From: the human T2T-CHM13v2.0 reference genome, Homo sapiens
Assembly: GCF_009914755.1 (NCBI RefSeq)
Contig: NC_060943.1
Reading direction: 5' to 3' (one strand)
Length of the DNA stretch: 64,000 bases
The position numbers and the translations under genes were made by a program. This document shows, in pieces, positions 13,194-26,635 of this stretch. The notes under the pieces are model-generated. The model did not search any database, was not told the origin of the DNA, and saw only the letters and a program-made list of their open reading frames with translations. Within the stretch, counting starts at the first letter, position 1. Each line of letters opens with the position of its first letter.

Positions 13194-13555
13194 TGTGTGG
13201 ACAGAATGTCTGTGTTCCCTGACCTCAAGTTCATACACTGTCCTCACCCGCAATGTGATGGTAAGAGGCAGGGCCTCTGGGGGCGAGTGGGTCATGAAGG
13301 TGGACCCCTCATGCATGGGATTGGTGCCCTTATAAAACAGACCCCAGACAGCTATCTCACCCTTTTTTCCTACCAAGTGAAGACAAATTGAGAAGACAGC
13401 CACTTGTGAAGGAGGAGGTAGACCCTCACCAAGACTGACCGGGCTGGCACCCTGATCTGACTTCCAGCCTCCAGAAGGGTAAGAAATACATTTCTGTTAT
13501 TTATAAGCCCCCAGGCTATGGTACTCTGTGACAGCCGTCCAAAAGGACGAAGCCA
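13194..13555 (+). mobile_element. MaLR solo LTR (MLT1A-like)
   Basis: CAATGTGATGGT...GGGATTGGTGCCCTTATAAAA...GACTTCCAGCCTCCAGAA...AAATACATTTCTGTT. Confidence 0.88.
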
Positions 13556-14306
13556 GAGGTTGAGGGATAAAGTTCCTATAGGCAGCTATGCACAGGGTGG
13601 TCCCACTGTGTTTCCTAAATATTTTTTATTGTCATGCAGGTCAGGGTGGGACTGACAGATTCTATCACTGAAAGAAGCTAGAGTGACTTGTGGTGAACTA
13701 AATCATGCTCTACCCAAAAGGACTTTCAAATGAAAATTAACATTGCAACCCACAGAAAGAAGGAAGCTTCTGAGACAGTTGATGATTACTGTCTGTTCCT
13801 GGTATAAAATTAGCATCATCTCCTCAGTAAGCCTTCTGTACCCATCCCTGGTCAATAATTATTTTCCTCTTTGTAAGCCCAAAGCACCTCTCTCTGGGTA
13901 AGAGTGTGGAACTCCCTGTAGCATGTCAGGGCTGGTTGTGTTTTTCTACTCCTCGACTGGAGTGGGTCATTTGAAGGCAGCAGCCTTGGCTCATTTCTGG
14001 ATCCATGGTGACCCATGATGGGAGCTTCTTGTATGCTTTATGTTCCATGTTGACAAATAAATCAGTGCAAAGGTAGAGTGATGTCCACAGAACCAGTTTC
14101 AAACCCAGCCTTCCTGAATTTTAGTTTAACAGGACTACAATTTCCCCTATGAAGTTCCTGGAAAGAAACCACTCAATCCACTAAAAATATAGTTGGCTCC
14201 TGGAGGGCATGCTTATTCAAAGCCAACATGGGCATCCCCATGGCCTCAACACAGCGCCTGGCACCTGTGCATTCAATCAATGTCTGCAAAATGACCACGA
14301 TCGGGC

Positions 14307-14755
14307 CATAGTGGATGCTCTCAATGCCCTGATCCACGTTCCTGAGCTCACTCTGAACCCATCTGTGGCTTCACCGGACAGTTCCTAGCCACTGACAGCT
14401 TTTCTCACATGAAGAACCATGGGAGCTTCCTCAGCTCCTTGCAAGGAAGCCTGGTCATGCTGGAGATTAATGCACCCAGGGCAACATTCGGGCAATGGGA
14501 GACAGCATCAGCGTGTACACACCCCGAGACTGGCATTTGCTCTGCTTTCTCAGAGGGCGTTTGCAGGACGGAGCTCCAGTTGTCCATGGTGGTGACCTGC
14601 CCATAAATGCACTCAGGATCAATGTCCCCCCTTCCCTATCTCATGTCCCCACTCTCTCATTTCTGTTTCCTGGGATTATCTCTTAAATGAACAATCTGCA
14701 CCCATGTCCTTGTCTTACCAAGTGCCTGCTTTTTGTGGGAACCCAAACTAAGATA
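14307..14755 (+). mobile_element. LTR16-family (ERVL) solo LTR
   Basis: Starts AGTGGATGCT..., ends CCTTGTCTT...GGGAACCCAAACTAAGATA. Confidence 0.7.
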
Positions 14756-15587
14756 GGAGCTAAAGAAATATATGAATAAATGTTGGATGAATGAATGAAT
14801 GAGTGAAATTATGAAGAGAGAAGAAGAGTCTGAAAGCAAACCATGCACATTCCACCATCTCCATTGGGCTGAGGCCGGTTCCAGGAACAGGGACTGACAG
14901 AGAAGGAGGCTGTGGCTCCTTCCCAAGGTGGAGTCCGAGTCAGGGAGGGCCAAGTCTCAATGGGATTGTTCCTGGCAGGGCCACAGGAGTCAGGGGGAAG
15001 CATGGAAGGCCTCTCTGTCCAGATGCGGCAGTCAGGGCTGGCTGCCTCCTCCCAGAACATCCTCCTTGTGGCCGGTATCCATGCACGATCCTACCTGGAG
15101 CCTAAGGGAACTTCAGCAATGAATGAAGGAGGCATCACCCAGAGGGCAGCAGTACCCTCTGGGATGGAGTAAGACCATGGCAGGCTGTGTTCTGAGCCGA
15201 GTTCTATAAAAATAACATAAAGGCCCAGATAACCGGGGTGGGAGTGGGGAACATGGAGGAGCTAGAGCTGAAAGAGGAAAGGACTGGGCACCCCTTCCAG
15301 ATGGCTCCTTCCCCGCTCCCCACCCATCCTGCTATGAGGACAGGGATGAATCGAATACCTGAAGGCGGAAACAGAAGGCTTCACCAAAGATTGGATGGAG
15401 AAAGCCAGGCGCTGCTGAGCGCTTAACGACAACCAGCCTTCTCCCCAGAACCGGCTGTGAGCACAGCTAAGAATAGACCTGGGCCAGGACGGTGGAGTCT
15501 CTCTGTGCGAGAGTTCTCTGCGGGAATATTCTAAACTCCGCAGTGGAGCCGGCTCTGCCTCAGCCTTGCCGAGCAGGGGGCCAAGCG

Positions 15588-15923
15588 TGTCTGAGTCAGT
15601 TCAGCTGCTGTAACAAAGCACCGTGATCGGGGTAGCTTATAAACAACAGACATTCATTTCCCACAGCTCTGGAGGCTAGGGAAACCAAGGGCTCTCTTTT
15701 CTGATTCCTAGAGTGCCATCTTTGTGCTGTGTCTTCAAATGTCAGAAGGAGAAGAGATCTCTCAGGGGTCCCTTTTTATAAGGGCACTAATCCCATTCAT
15801 GAGGGCTCTGTCCTTATGACCTCACCATCTCCTAAGAGCCCCTCGTCCAAATACCACCCTACTGGAGATTAGGTTTCAACATATGAATTTGGGGTGCAAG
15901 GCACAAGCCCTCAGTCCATACTA
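15588..15923 (-). mobile_element. MaLR solo LTR (MLT1A-like)
   Basis: GCTGCTGTAACAAAGCACC...TTATAAACAACAG...TATAAGGGCACTAATCCCATTCATGAGGG...TTTCAACATATGAATTT. Confidence 0.88.
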
Positions 15924-16044
15924 ATGTACACGTCTCTACCTCCTCAGCTGTGTGCAGAGCAACCACCTTTGAAAGCAAATGGTTCAACATCTGTAGCAGG
16001 AAAAAAATAAACAAACAAAAAAACCCATCAACTCCTGCAGTGGG

Positions 16045-16560
16045 CTCATTCACTTTGCATCCACGGAATGGCTTAAATCACTGAGTATGCACCAAGTGTC
16101 TGTGGCGTGCTGTGTTTGCTTGGTGCTAAGGGGCACACAGCGGAGAGGACATATCCCTGATCTTGGGGAACTTGGATTGATACTCTTTGGAGGAACAAGA
16201 GGGATAGATGGGAAAGTGAAAAGAAGGCCAAGGAGAGATCACGAGGGAATTTAGTTTGGCAAGTGGGGAGGGAAGCTGCCTTGGCAGTTCGTGGGGTGGT
16301 TGGAGAAGTAAGGAAGAGATTGGGAGAAGCCGGGCCTCACAATGTGAGGAGGAGGAGAGAGTCGGGGGTGCCCATAGGGCCGAAAGTAGCAGAGATGCCC
16401 AGGACACCACTGGGCTTGTGCAGGTGAAGCCGTGGGTGAACGAACCTTCGAGAATAGGCTCAGTGGGGCGGAAGACCAGGCCACGCAGCTGCACAAGATC
16501 AGCAGGGCTGGGTTGAGTGGAAGCAGGAGGAAAAGGATGGGGAAGGAACAGGAGAAATAA
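16045..16560 (-). mobile_element. L2 fragment
   Basis: Reverse L2-type 3' end followed by purine-rich L2-like body; heavily diverged. Confidence 0.5.
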
Positions 16561-17271
16561 ACAGGTGGGCTCCTCCAGGAAACTGGGCATGACACGGAAG
16601 ACGAGGTGACTGTTGGGCATCTGTGGAACATGAGGTCACATGGTGGCGAGTGTCCCACTGGTCGCTTGGATTGGGTCGATCTGCCCGGCTAGTGGTGTCA
16701 GTTACCAAGCACATATCACCCACCCGAGTGTTGCAGCTGTAAAAAGAGGCCCTGCTCTCACAGGATGATGCTGAGCACATGTGGGAGCTCCAGTCTCTTC
16801 TCTTGCAGGAAACCTATAACCCACCCATAACACTGAGGCATCTAACTTTTGCTAAAGAGTTGCTCCTCTAATAAAATCCTGTGGTTTGAATAGGACAGAA
16901 CCTAGGGATTTGACTCTTCAGAGCATGATAACCAACACTGCAGGGTGAGGCTCGCTGGTCCGAGTGAGCCAGACCAGTGAGATGCTGAGACTTTTGAGAT
17001 GCTGAAGCCTCCTGGTAGAGGGGTGCAGCCATAACTTTGACCCAGGGAGCACTGTAGGCAGGCCTGGGGGTTGCTCAGTAATGTCTCTGTAGCTGACCAC
17101 GTTCACTGATTCAACAGATGTTTATGGAGCACTTAACCATATGGGAGGCCCAGTGCTGGGGCTATGGTGGGAGCATGTCATTCATGGGCTCTACCCTAAT
17201 GCTCCCAAGCAACATCAGATCAGGCATGGAAATAAGGACTATGACCTTGTCTATTCTTGCCTTAGTATTTT

Positions 17272-17589
<318 letters not shown>

Positions 17590-19639
17590 TAAGAGTCTTC
17601 TCTGTAATGGATATTTACCCAGAGTTCCTTCCTGCTCAGTCTCTTGGCGGAGATAGAGAAATAGTGTTTTTCAGCAGCCACATCTCAAAGATGGTACTTG
17701 TGCTGTGGATTTCCCTGGTTTGAGACCTCAGGCTTCCCACTATCCTCTGATATAGCCCCAAAGGACTAATGGAAAGAAGCACCTTTTTTTCTCTCTCTTG
17801 TCACTCAGCACCTTCCAGTTGGTGGGATTTAGAGACTGTCATCCCAAACAGAGTGACCACGTTAGGGCCAGACTGACCGACACCCACAAATGTCTCCTGG
17901 GCTGAAGTAGCTGAATTCTCCTTCCTAAATTCTCTGTTTGGCCACTTCTGACCAGTGCTGGCCTCGTTTCCCCTTCGTCTTTTAGAAATCCAATTTTACA
18001 AGCTGTTGGTCTTGAGTGTGGACGGTTGCATTTTATTAATTTGAAAAAAAATATTATTTCTAATGACTCCTCTAGCCAGTTCTTCCTCCTCGCAGAGCTA
18101 CTGCCTGTGTAGAAGGGGGCTTTGTTTGCACTCCTTTTATTGTCAGAAGTGTGAGCAGTGGGCTGTGGGCAGTGTGAAACCGCAGTGCTGCTGTGATGAA
18201 GCATCACGCATTTTCCTTGGGCTGTCATAAGAGGGGAAGTGGTGTTTGTGCCTTTGCTGGGTAATTCATGGGGTAGTATGTAGTGCTTTTAATGATGCCC
18301 AAACAACTCCCGGTTTCCTGCACAGAACTGACCTATCCCACTTGCCACTACCGTGAATGTCCCATTACCAAGATGGAAACACACCCCTTTCCTTGGAATG
18401 CCTTTTCTTCCTTTTTATAACAAGGCCATTGTTGGCTGTGGGAGATGTGTGTGTTTGTGGCAGGTGGTTCCAGGCCTGCTCTAGAGATGGCTCCTCACTG
18501 CCCAAGATGTGACAACTGACCCCCTTAGCAGGTGCCCCTCCAACTACTTAGCCCTCATTGCCCACCTCCCTTGGCTGACCTGATTTATACCATTGCATGT
18601 GGTCAGTTCAGTATCCTCAAAGTCACTGCCCAAGCAGCTCTTTCTTGTCTATGCTGCTTCTTCCTAGCAGTCCCTCAAGATTGGGTTTAGGTCCCTCCCT
18701 TTTCCCAGAAGCCCCTAGTGTCTCCTGTAGGCCCCAGTGGGCTCTCCTCCTCTAAACTTTCATGTTCTGTGTGATCCTAGCAGCGTGGCTGGCTCAGCAC
18801 GTGATGACAGATGGGCTCAGCTCTCACCTGGCCTCCTGCACTGAAAGGGCCTTGGGGACCAGGCTCTTGAATCATTTTCCTTGTGCATCCTAGGAGTGCC
18901 CGGTGAAGGAGGAGTCGATGAGTTCCTGCTGTGGGTTGACCCAATTGATTGAGAGATGGATAACTGGACCCCGTGGTCTGTGTAGTTTTGTGAATTCGGA
19001 GTTTCTTTGGGGTTTCCAAAATCAGAAAGGGCAGGAGAAGGATGAAGCTTTTAGCAAGACAGAGGCAGATCTTCCTAGACGTCCCCTGCCCTGCAGTTGT
19101 CTGGTCCCACATTTAAGATCCCAGAATTGCGGACCTGGAGACATGGGGCACTGAATCCTGCCCACTGGCTATTAGTCGGCGTGGTTTACTAAATCTCCTT
19201 GCCCATGAATATGGTCATTGTTTAACTGATGGCTGCTTTCTCTACCAGGAGCGCTCAGCATCTCAAAATGGCCTTGCGTGAGCCTAACACAACAAGAAGT
19301 GATGCTTATTTTTGTGTATTGGCTTTCAAGGCTGACTGGTTCAGAACTGCATTGTAATTCTAATGGCCCCTACTGAACACACTGTCATCAGAGAGATTAT
19401 GTCATTGAAAACAGGAATAACAATGGTACAATCGGTTAAATTGTTTACCCTTATTGGACAATGGTCAGTGACAAGTTCATGTGGGTTGATCACCTTCTTC
19501 TTGCTTTCTTACATTGGCTTCCCCTCTCTATCAGGTGGGAGTTTGTGCTGATAGAGTGTGTGTATCTGCATGGAAGTGTGTGTATCTCCCTGTGTGTGTC
19601 TGCATGGAAGCATGATACTGTGGAAATAACTCGGATTCT

Positions 19640-19815
19640 TTTGTTTGTCTGACCCAGATTTGAATCCCAACTCTGTCTCTTAGTAAGTATGACCTCAGCC
19701 AGGTTACCTATGCCCATCTCTGATGTGAGGGTGACTGGGCACCTCTGTAGCTGTATTGTGAGGGGTGGTGCATTGGTGAGGTGTGCAGGGTGGTGGAGCA
19801 GGCTGGCACCCAGTG
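19640..19815 (+). mobile_element. MIR
   Basis: GACCCAGATTTGAATCCCAACTCTGTCTCTTAGTAAGTATGACCTCAGCCAGGTTAC. Confidence 0.7.
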
Positions 19816-20589
19816 CCCAGGCACCCCGTGTTTTCCGTTTTTATGGCAGATGGCAATAATGCCCGGGTGTGCGGGAGCAGTGATAATGGATGTTCTCGGC
19901 CTTTCGGTTCACTGCAGTGTTCCCCTAAAGTAGATCATTATTCTGTATGGAATAAATAGTGTTATCGGGCTGATATGCTTAAGGCTAATGAGCCCATGTC
20001 TAGCATCTGAGAAGCCAGATAACAAGACATGTTTTTCTCCATTGGCTTCTATTGATGTATTAATTAATGAAATCCAAGATTCCCCTTTGAGCTGGAAGAG
20101 TGTTTAAATCACTCTTGAGCTGTACACAGCACTGTCTCCCTCTTGCTCCCAGATGCTGGAGAGGCCAGGGAAAGGCAACAGGGTCTTCTGCCTCTGGCCT
20201 GGCCCAAGCGGGGCAGGAGGAGGTATAGACATGAAGTCTGCACCAGACATCCCAGGCTTGTCTCAGTCCCAGTGCAGGCCACATCACAGCTGCAGGGGCT
20301 CTGCAAGCCCCTCCTCCATCATCAGCCCTGGGGGACCAGCTCCGGCAGCCTGGTGGCCCCGGGCCCAGGCTTGCTCTTGGTCTAAGCATCTGCTCCAGTT
20401 CACATTTTACCTCCTTTGGGATTTCTGTCTTCCAAAGGGCCCCAGGACACAACACTGAAATTCACTGTGTTTATACCAACTCAAAACCTGCCCACAAAGG
20501 AGGTTGTGTCATTTCAGTCCTGGGCAAGGCTTTTGTACCCATGTGGTAGGTTGGTGGGTTTTGAGTGACCATCTCCTTTTGCAAGTAGC

Positions 20590-20785
20590 AGCATGGAAAA
20601 GGTCACAGTGTTGATATTAGACACGCTTGTGTTCTAGGCCCCATGCCAGCACTGAGTAGCTGCTTGAGCTTAGTCAATTTGTGGAAATTCTCCGAGCCTC
20701 AGTTTCCTGGTCTGTGAAATGGGGATTATGAACATATGGAGCCCAAAGCGCTGTTGTGAGGACTACATGAACTAGCATGAGTAAA
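20590..20785 (+). mobile_element. MIR
   Basis: CCGAGCCTCAGTTTCCTGGTCTGTGAAATGGGGATTAT...GTTGTGAGGACTACATGA. Confidence 0.8.
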
Positions 20786-21168
20786 AGAATTCCAGGAATA
20801 AGGCCTGCAAGAATAGATTATCAAGGAGGCAGGGATGATTCTTATTGTAACAATGATCATACATCTATTAAATATGGAATGGGGGGCTAAGATTGCTCAA
20901 AAGGTCTTTCTCACAAAAGTGAAATTGCATTATTTTTCATACCTTCCAGTAACTAGCTTTTCTAATACTCTGGTGAGAAAATATCCTTAAAAATCTGCTT
21001 CAATATTTAAAATTGGTGTGATTAGCACCTTGTTTTCCATACTAAGGGAGAAGGGCATCTGAGAAAAAGTTGTCAGAAGTGGCGTATACATCTCTCCACC
21101 ACCTTGCTGGAGCCATAACGTGTGCCTTGGCACCCGGAACTAACCACAGACTTCCTGCACTCCTTCCA

Positions 21169-21850
21169 TAACCACATACCTCACATCCTATAGATAGCCA
21201 TCTAGCCTGCAACCCATAAGTAACTTAAGCCCCAACATCCTAAAGGTAACCATGTACCTCTGCACCCCATCAGTAACCATGCACTTCACATCTTACAGGT
21301 GACCATCTACCCCACACTCCGTTAGTAACCTGAGCCCCAACATCCTAAAGGTAACCATGTATCCCTGTACCCCATGGGTAACCATGCACCTCACATCCTA
21401 TGGATAACCATGTACTCTGCACCCCATAAGTAACCTGAGCCTCACATCCTAAAGGTAACCACGCACCCTTGCATCCCATAGATAACCATGCACCTCACAT
21501 CCTATAGCTAATCATCTACCCTGCACCCTATAGGTGACCTGAACCCCCGCATCCTAAAGATAATCATGCACCTCACATCCTATGGATAGCCATCTACCCT
21601 GCACCCTATAAGTAACCTTAGCCCCCACATCCTAAAGGTAACCATGTACCCCTGCACCCCATAGATAACAGGTACCCTTGCACCCTAAAAGTAACCTATA
21701 CTCTCAGACTATAGGTAACCATGTATTCCAGAATCCTTTAGGAAACCATATACTTCACATCCTATAGGCAACCATGTACCCCTGCACCCCATAAGTAACT
21801 TGTACCCCTGCATCTTCAAGGTAATCATGTACCCTGCACCCTGCACCCCA
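21169..21850 (+). repeat. Minisatellite: ~26 units of 24-27 bp (consensus ~TAACCATGTACCCTGCACCCCATAAG) with a 105-bp higher-order period
   Basis: Parsed by hand into units starting TAACC or a variant; the anchor CATCCTAAAG recurs at 21236, 21341, 21445, 21550 and 21628. Confidence 0.95.
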
Positions 21851-23717
21851 CGTACCCACACACACAAGGCCAAGCCTGCAGAGTGGAGTAAAGTTGCCTC
21901 TTCAGTCTGTGTTGTCTCACATGCAACATTCCCACGTGCTGTTGCCCCCTCCAGCCTGAAGGAGGAAGGCAGCCTCAGAAGGCTTCTTATTCGGGCCCAC
22001 CTTTGCTCCTCCCTGGGAGCATGGCAGGTGTCCTGCTCTGGTCTGGATCATACAGCCATGACCATCACACCTCACCCTGGGACGCATGTGCTGCACGTCT
22101 TTGCCTTCCATGGTGAACCTCTGAGTCTCTCTCCCTGATACTGCTATTGGCAGTAGGCAGCCTGCACACCCTGCCAGGACACCATGGTGATTAGCATCGG
22201 TCAGTATTCACCACCGTGGACCCCAAAACTTCTTTCTCTTCTGCATTTCGTATCGGTACACTTAATGTTTTACAACTCACATTCTACTCTATTTAGAATC
22301 AATAGCCACTCAGAATTAAAATTCGAGCCGAACTATAAACCATAAAAGCCCTTGATTATTTCATTAGTAATTTACTAATTGGCATTAGATATTTAATTAC
22401 ACATTCCAAATATTTGATGAATTATTTTAGCTCTGCATAGAAAGCCAGTGATAGGGACTATATTTTTCAGGAAACAAAAAACCCAGAGAGATGCCGCGCG
22501 GGAAGGGTTAGTGTCTATGCGTGTCTGAAGCCGGAACAACTGGTGGAAGGATTTGCCTTTTCTTTGAAGGAGGCCACCCAGACAGCCATTGAGTCCAGCT
22601 TGGTATCCAGTGACCCAAGCCTGTTTCTCTCCCGTCTTTGTTCAACAACACGGCTTTCTGTTCCCCCTTTTCTTTTGGAGACGTTATCTTTTCTGCTTTG
22701 ATCTGCTTCCCACAACATAAGGTGATTTCTCTTCTTATCCTCCTGATGGGCTGTGTTTTGACATGGATAAAAAGGAGTCAGCCTCTCACCTCCCGTCACT
22801 CGCTCTCACCCAGTCCCTTGTCCTCCCAATTCATCTCGCAGCAGGCCCTGTCTGCATCGGACACCAGATGGCCCCCACAGCCTTCTTAGAATAGATTTGC
22901 ATTAGATACCACTCGGTCTCTGGCTCCCTTTCTTAAGGTGTGGGAGCTGTTTCTCTAGAAGGAAAAAAAAAAAAAGATAATTTCAGTACAAGAAAAAAAA
23001 AACGCACAAATGTTCATTTCTGTTTCTTCAGGGATCTTTCTGATGATAAGTGGGCACTGAATTCACGCAGCCCCAGAAGTGCCTTCTACCTCTCTCTTCA
23101 CTGTGCCCAGGACCCCATCTACTGGGCACCCACCTATGGACCAACATCTCCGTGGGACAATTCAACAAATATGCGGGAAGATGTACATTGAAAGATGGGT
23201 GTTTGTTCTTAATCTGCCTGGCTCTCCATAGACATCAGCTTGTCTATCTGTTGTGGGGGTGGCCTGAGAGCTGAACTGGACCCAAAAAAGCAAAACAGCA
23301 CAGCTACTCACGCACTATGCTCACCCTGGGCCAGACCCGGGGGAGAGCAAAATATATTTCTCACTGATTCTCACACTGAATCCTCTGTTATTCTCATAAC
23401 AGATTGTGGCAGGCCATATGTGGAACTTCCGTTGACCATTCCAGGGAAGCCCAGGGAGGGTGAATGGATGATACAGAAGAGAAGGCTGCATCCCGGTCAC
23501 AAACCTGCAATACAAATCAGAAGGAAGAAGTTAGCCCTTAAAGGGCCAGCCGAGCCCCAGTGCTGTGCCATGAAAGGCATATTGTCAGGAATTACAACAT
23601 GGACCCAACGGCCCTTATTTGGAAGATGCAAATGCAAGTCTCCTGCCAGACAGACTTGCTCCTAAGTAAGAGTAGCCATTTGGGATGCCTGTGCAGGAGG
23701 GTGCAATGGAAGCTTGA

Positions 23718-24134
<417 letters not shown>

Positions 24135-25906
24135 TAATTGGATCTTGAGCCATCACTTAACTTAGCTGTAAAATGGAGACAGTGTGCCCCACCCATCTCA
24201 TGATAGAGGGAGGATCACTGAAGACAAGGTCTTGGGAAAGTCCCAGCACCAAACCTCAGGAAGGGCTGGCAGGTGGAGGAGGAGAATGATTGTGTTTCAC
24301 CGAGCCATTAGCTTTACTCCTCCTTCTCTGGCTTCTGAGCTTTAGAATTTATCTGTATTTTAACCAGCCTGTATAAATAGATATACCAGGTTTTATGAGA
24401 GGCTGCCTCAAATCCCTTTGGAAATAGGGTGGGTATAAAATAAAAACCAATACAGTAATTTCTCAAGAGAAATCTAGCTGCGATGATCAACATCAAGGAG
24501 TGCCTTTGTTTCTCTCTGGACTTGGAGCCACTTTGAAATAATGAGGCTTCCAGAAGCAGGAAGTTTGTCCTGTCCTTGAACCCCCAGGGTGCATGTTCTG
24601 GGGAAAGGAGAAGGTTCAAGTCTCCACGCAAAGGATTTCAGGCATGTTCCCCATGGTGCTGAGGTGGACCTCTAAGCCCTGGCCTCCTCTGTCCCAGCCT
24701 CTATCACACTGCAGCCCCAGAGCACCCCCTCCACTCACCACCAGGGCGTCCTCCCCTTGACCTGCTCACCCCTCTTTCTGGTCAGCTTAATCATTTCCAC
24801 CACTCCCAAGACCTCTGGACCAATCAGCTCTTCACCAGGTCAAGATCAATGTTTAACAACTGAATAAAAGAGGGAATCCCATCGTTTAATTGGAAACAAA
24901 GAATGGATTGTAGAAAGATCTTTATCATCTGGGTAAATTTCGAAGTCAAGGTGTGACAGTTCTGATTAACTGATTAAGCTGATTCACTTCGCCTGGCTTG
25001 CTTGTCTCCCCACCCTCTGCTTGCAATCCTACAAGACCTTTAGGGCCCACTGCAGGGCTGGTACAGGAAGCCTTTACAGGTCCCTTGCAGAATGCCCCCT
25101 AAGGTTATCTGTCTCTTATCCCTGGGGCACTCAGCACCTCTCTTGGGTTTAGCTGTGTCTGGTCTCCTTCCTTCCAGGGAGCTGACCATCCTGTTGCTGC
25201 TGTTACCTGCTCTGGGTGCCTCTGTGTTTATTTCACAGTGTAAGACCTGGCATAGATTAGGTGCTCAATGACTATTTTGTTTGTGAATTGGTGGATAGAT
25301 GACATAAACTGCAGACGCGTTCTTGGACAGCTGGAAAGGGAGGAGACCCTTGGGATTTGGAATGCCACTGACTGCCCTGTACAGAGAGCACTGTGAGGCT
25401 GGTGTCATACAAGTGTCCAACATCAAGGATTTTGCCCCTAGACTCAGAAAGGGTGTGGAAAAAAGCAGCAGGAAGAGAGGCAGGGATGAATGAACTTCTC
25501 CTGGGCAGGACAAGGAGAGGAGTCCTCATTGACTGAGGGTCAGAGAAGCTGCGGCCCTCAGGGCTGGCTTTCAATTTGGACACAGGATCAGAGTGATGGG
25601 GGCTGGCATGGCCAGGGATGGGAGGGATGTCAGGGGCTGCCACCCCAGGCCAAACGCCACCCAAAGAGACTCTTTACATAGAGAGACTTGTGTATTTACC
25701 TTTAGGGTCTTTGAGCTTGTGAAATGCTTTTCTACTTGGAAGACACAAGGTAGAAAAGCAGCCGCTTAGAATTGGAGCAAAAGAGATCTTGGGAGCACAG
25801 GTGGGGGACGGGAGAGAACAGAGGAGGAGGTGAGTCTTCAGAGGGGACATTTCCATGGGCCCTGATTGTACGTGCCCAGCAGACTTCAACCAAAATGCCT
25901 GGTTCC

Positions 25907-26235
25907 AGCCAGGTGTGGTGGCTCATGCCTGTAATCCCAGCACTTTGGGAGGCTGAGGTGGGCAGATCACTTAAGGTGAGAAGTTCAAGACCAGCCTGGT
26001 CAACATGGTGAAACCTAGTCTCTACTAAAAATACAAAAATTAGCTGGGCATGGTGGTAGGCGCCTATAATCCCAGCTACTTGGGAGATTGAGGCACAAGA
26101 ATCACTTGAACCTGGGAGGCCGAGGCTTCAGACACTCAATGAGCTGAGATTGTGCCACTGTACTCCAGCCTGGGGAACAGAGCAAGACTCTACCTCAAAA
26201 AAAAAAAAAAAAAAAAAAAAGAGAGAGAGAGAGAG
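25907..26235 (+). mobile_element. AluS with A24 tail followed by (GA)7
   Basis: Full dimer; TSD AATGCCTGGTTCCAG at 25894-25908 and 26253-26267. Confidence 0.95.
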
Positions 26236-26322
26236 AAACCTCGAAATGCCTGAATGCCTGGTTCCAGATCGCCTCAGTGGGTAGAGACCCAAATAAATAG
26301 GAACCACCCAGTTTTTTCCTAG

Positions 26323-26635
<313 letters not shown>

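Noticed and set aside
12804-13403. Longest ORF in the track (199 aa)
   Set aside because: Begins in antisense MLT1 LTR sequence; no domain resemblance or splice context.
14576-14596. REST/RE1-like sequence (reverse GTCACCACCATGGACAACT); a second partial match at 24643-24663
   Set aside because: Mismatches fall on near-invariant RE1 positions; the second has only one half-site.
16809-16944. Other exon-like intervals (16809-16944, 25706-25829)
   Set aside because: One splice site is only moderate in each case, and there is no frame or chain linking them; such pseudo-exons are common.
21169-21850. CRISPR-like appearance of regularly spaced CATCCTAAAGGTAACC repeats
   Set aside because: The intervening sequences are themselves homologous monomers, not unique spacers; there are no cas genes; the DNA is primate.
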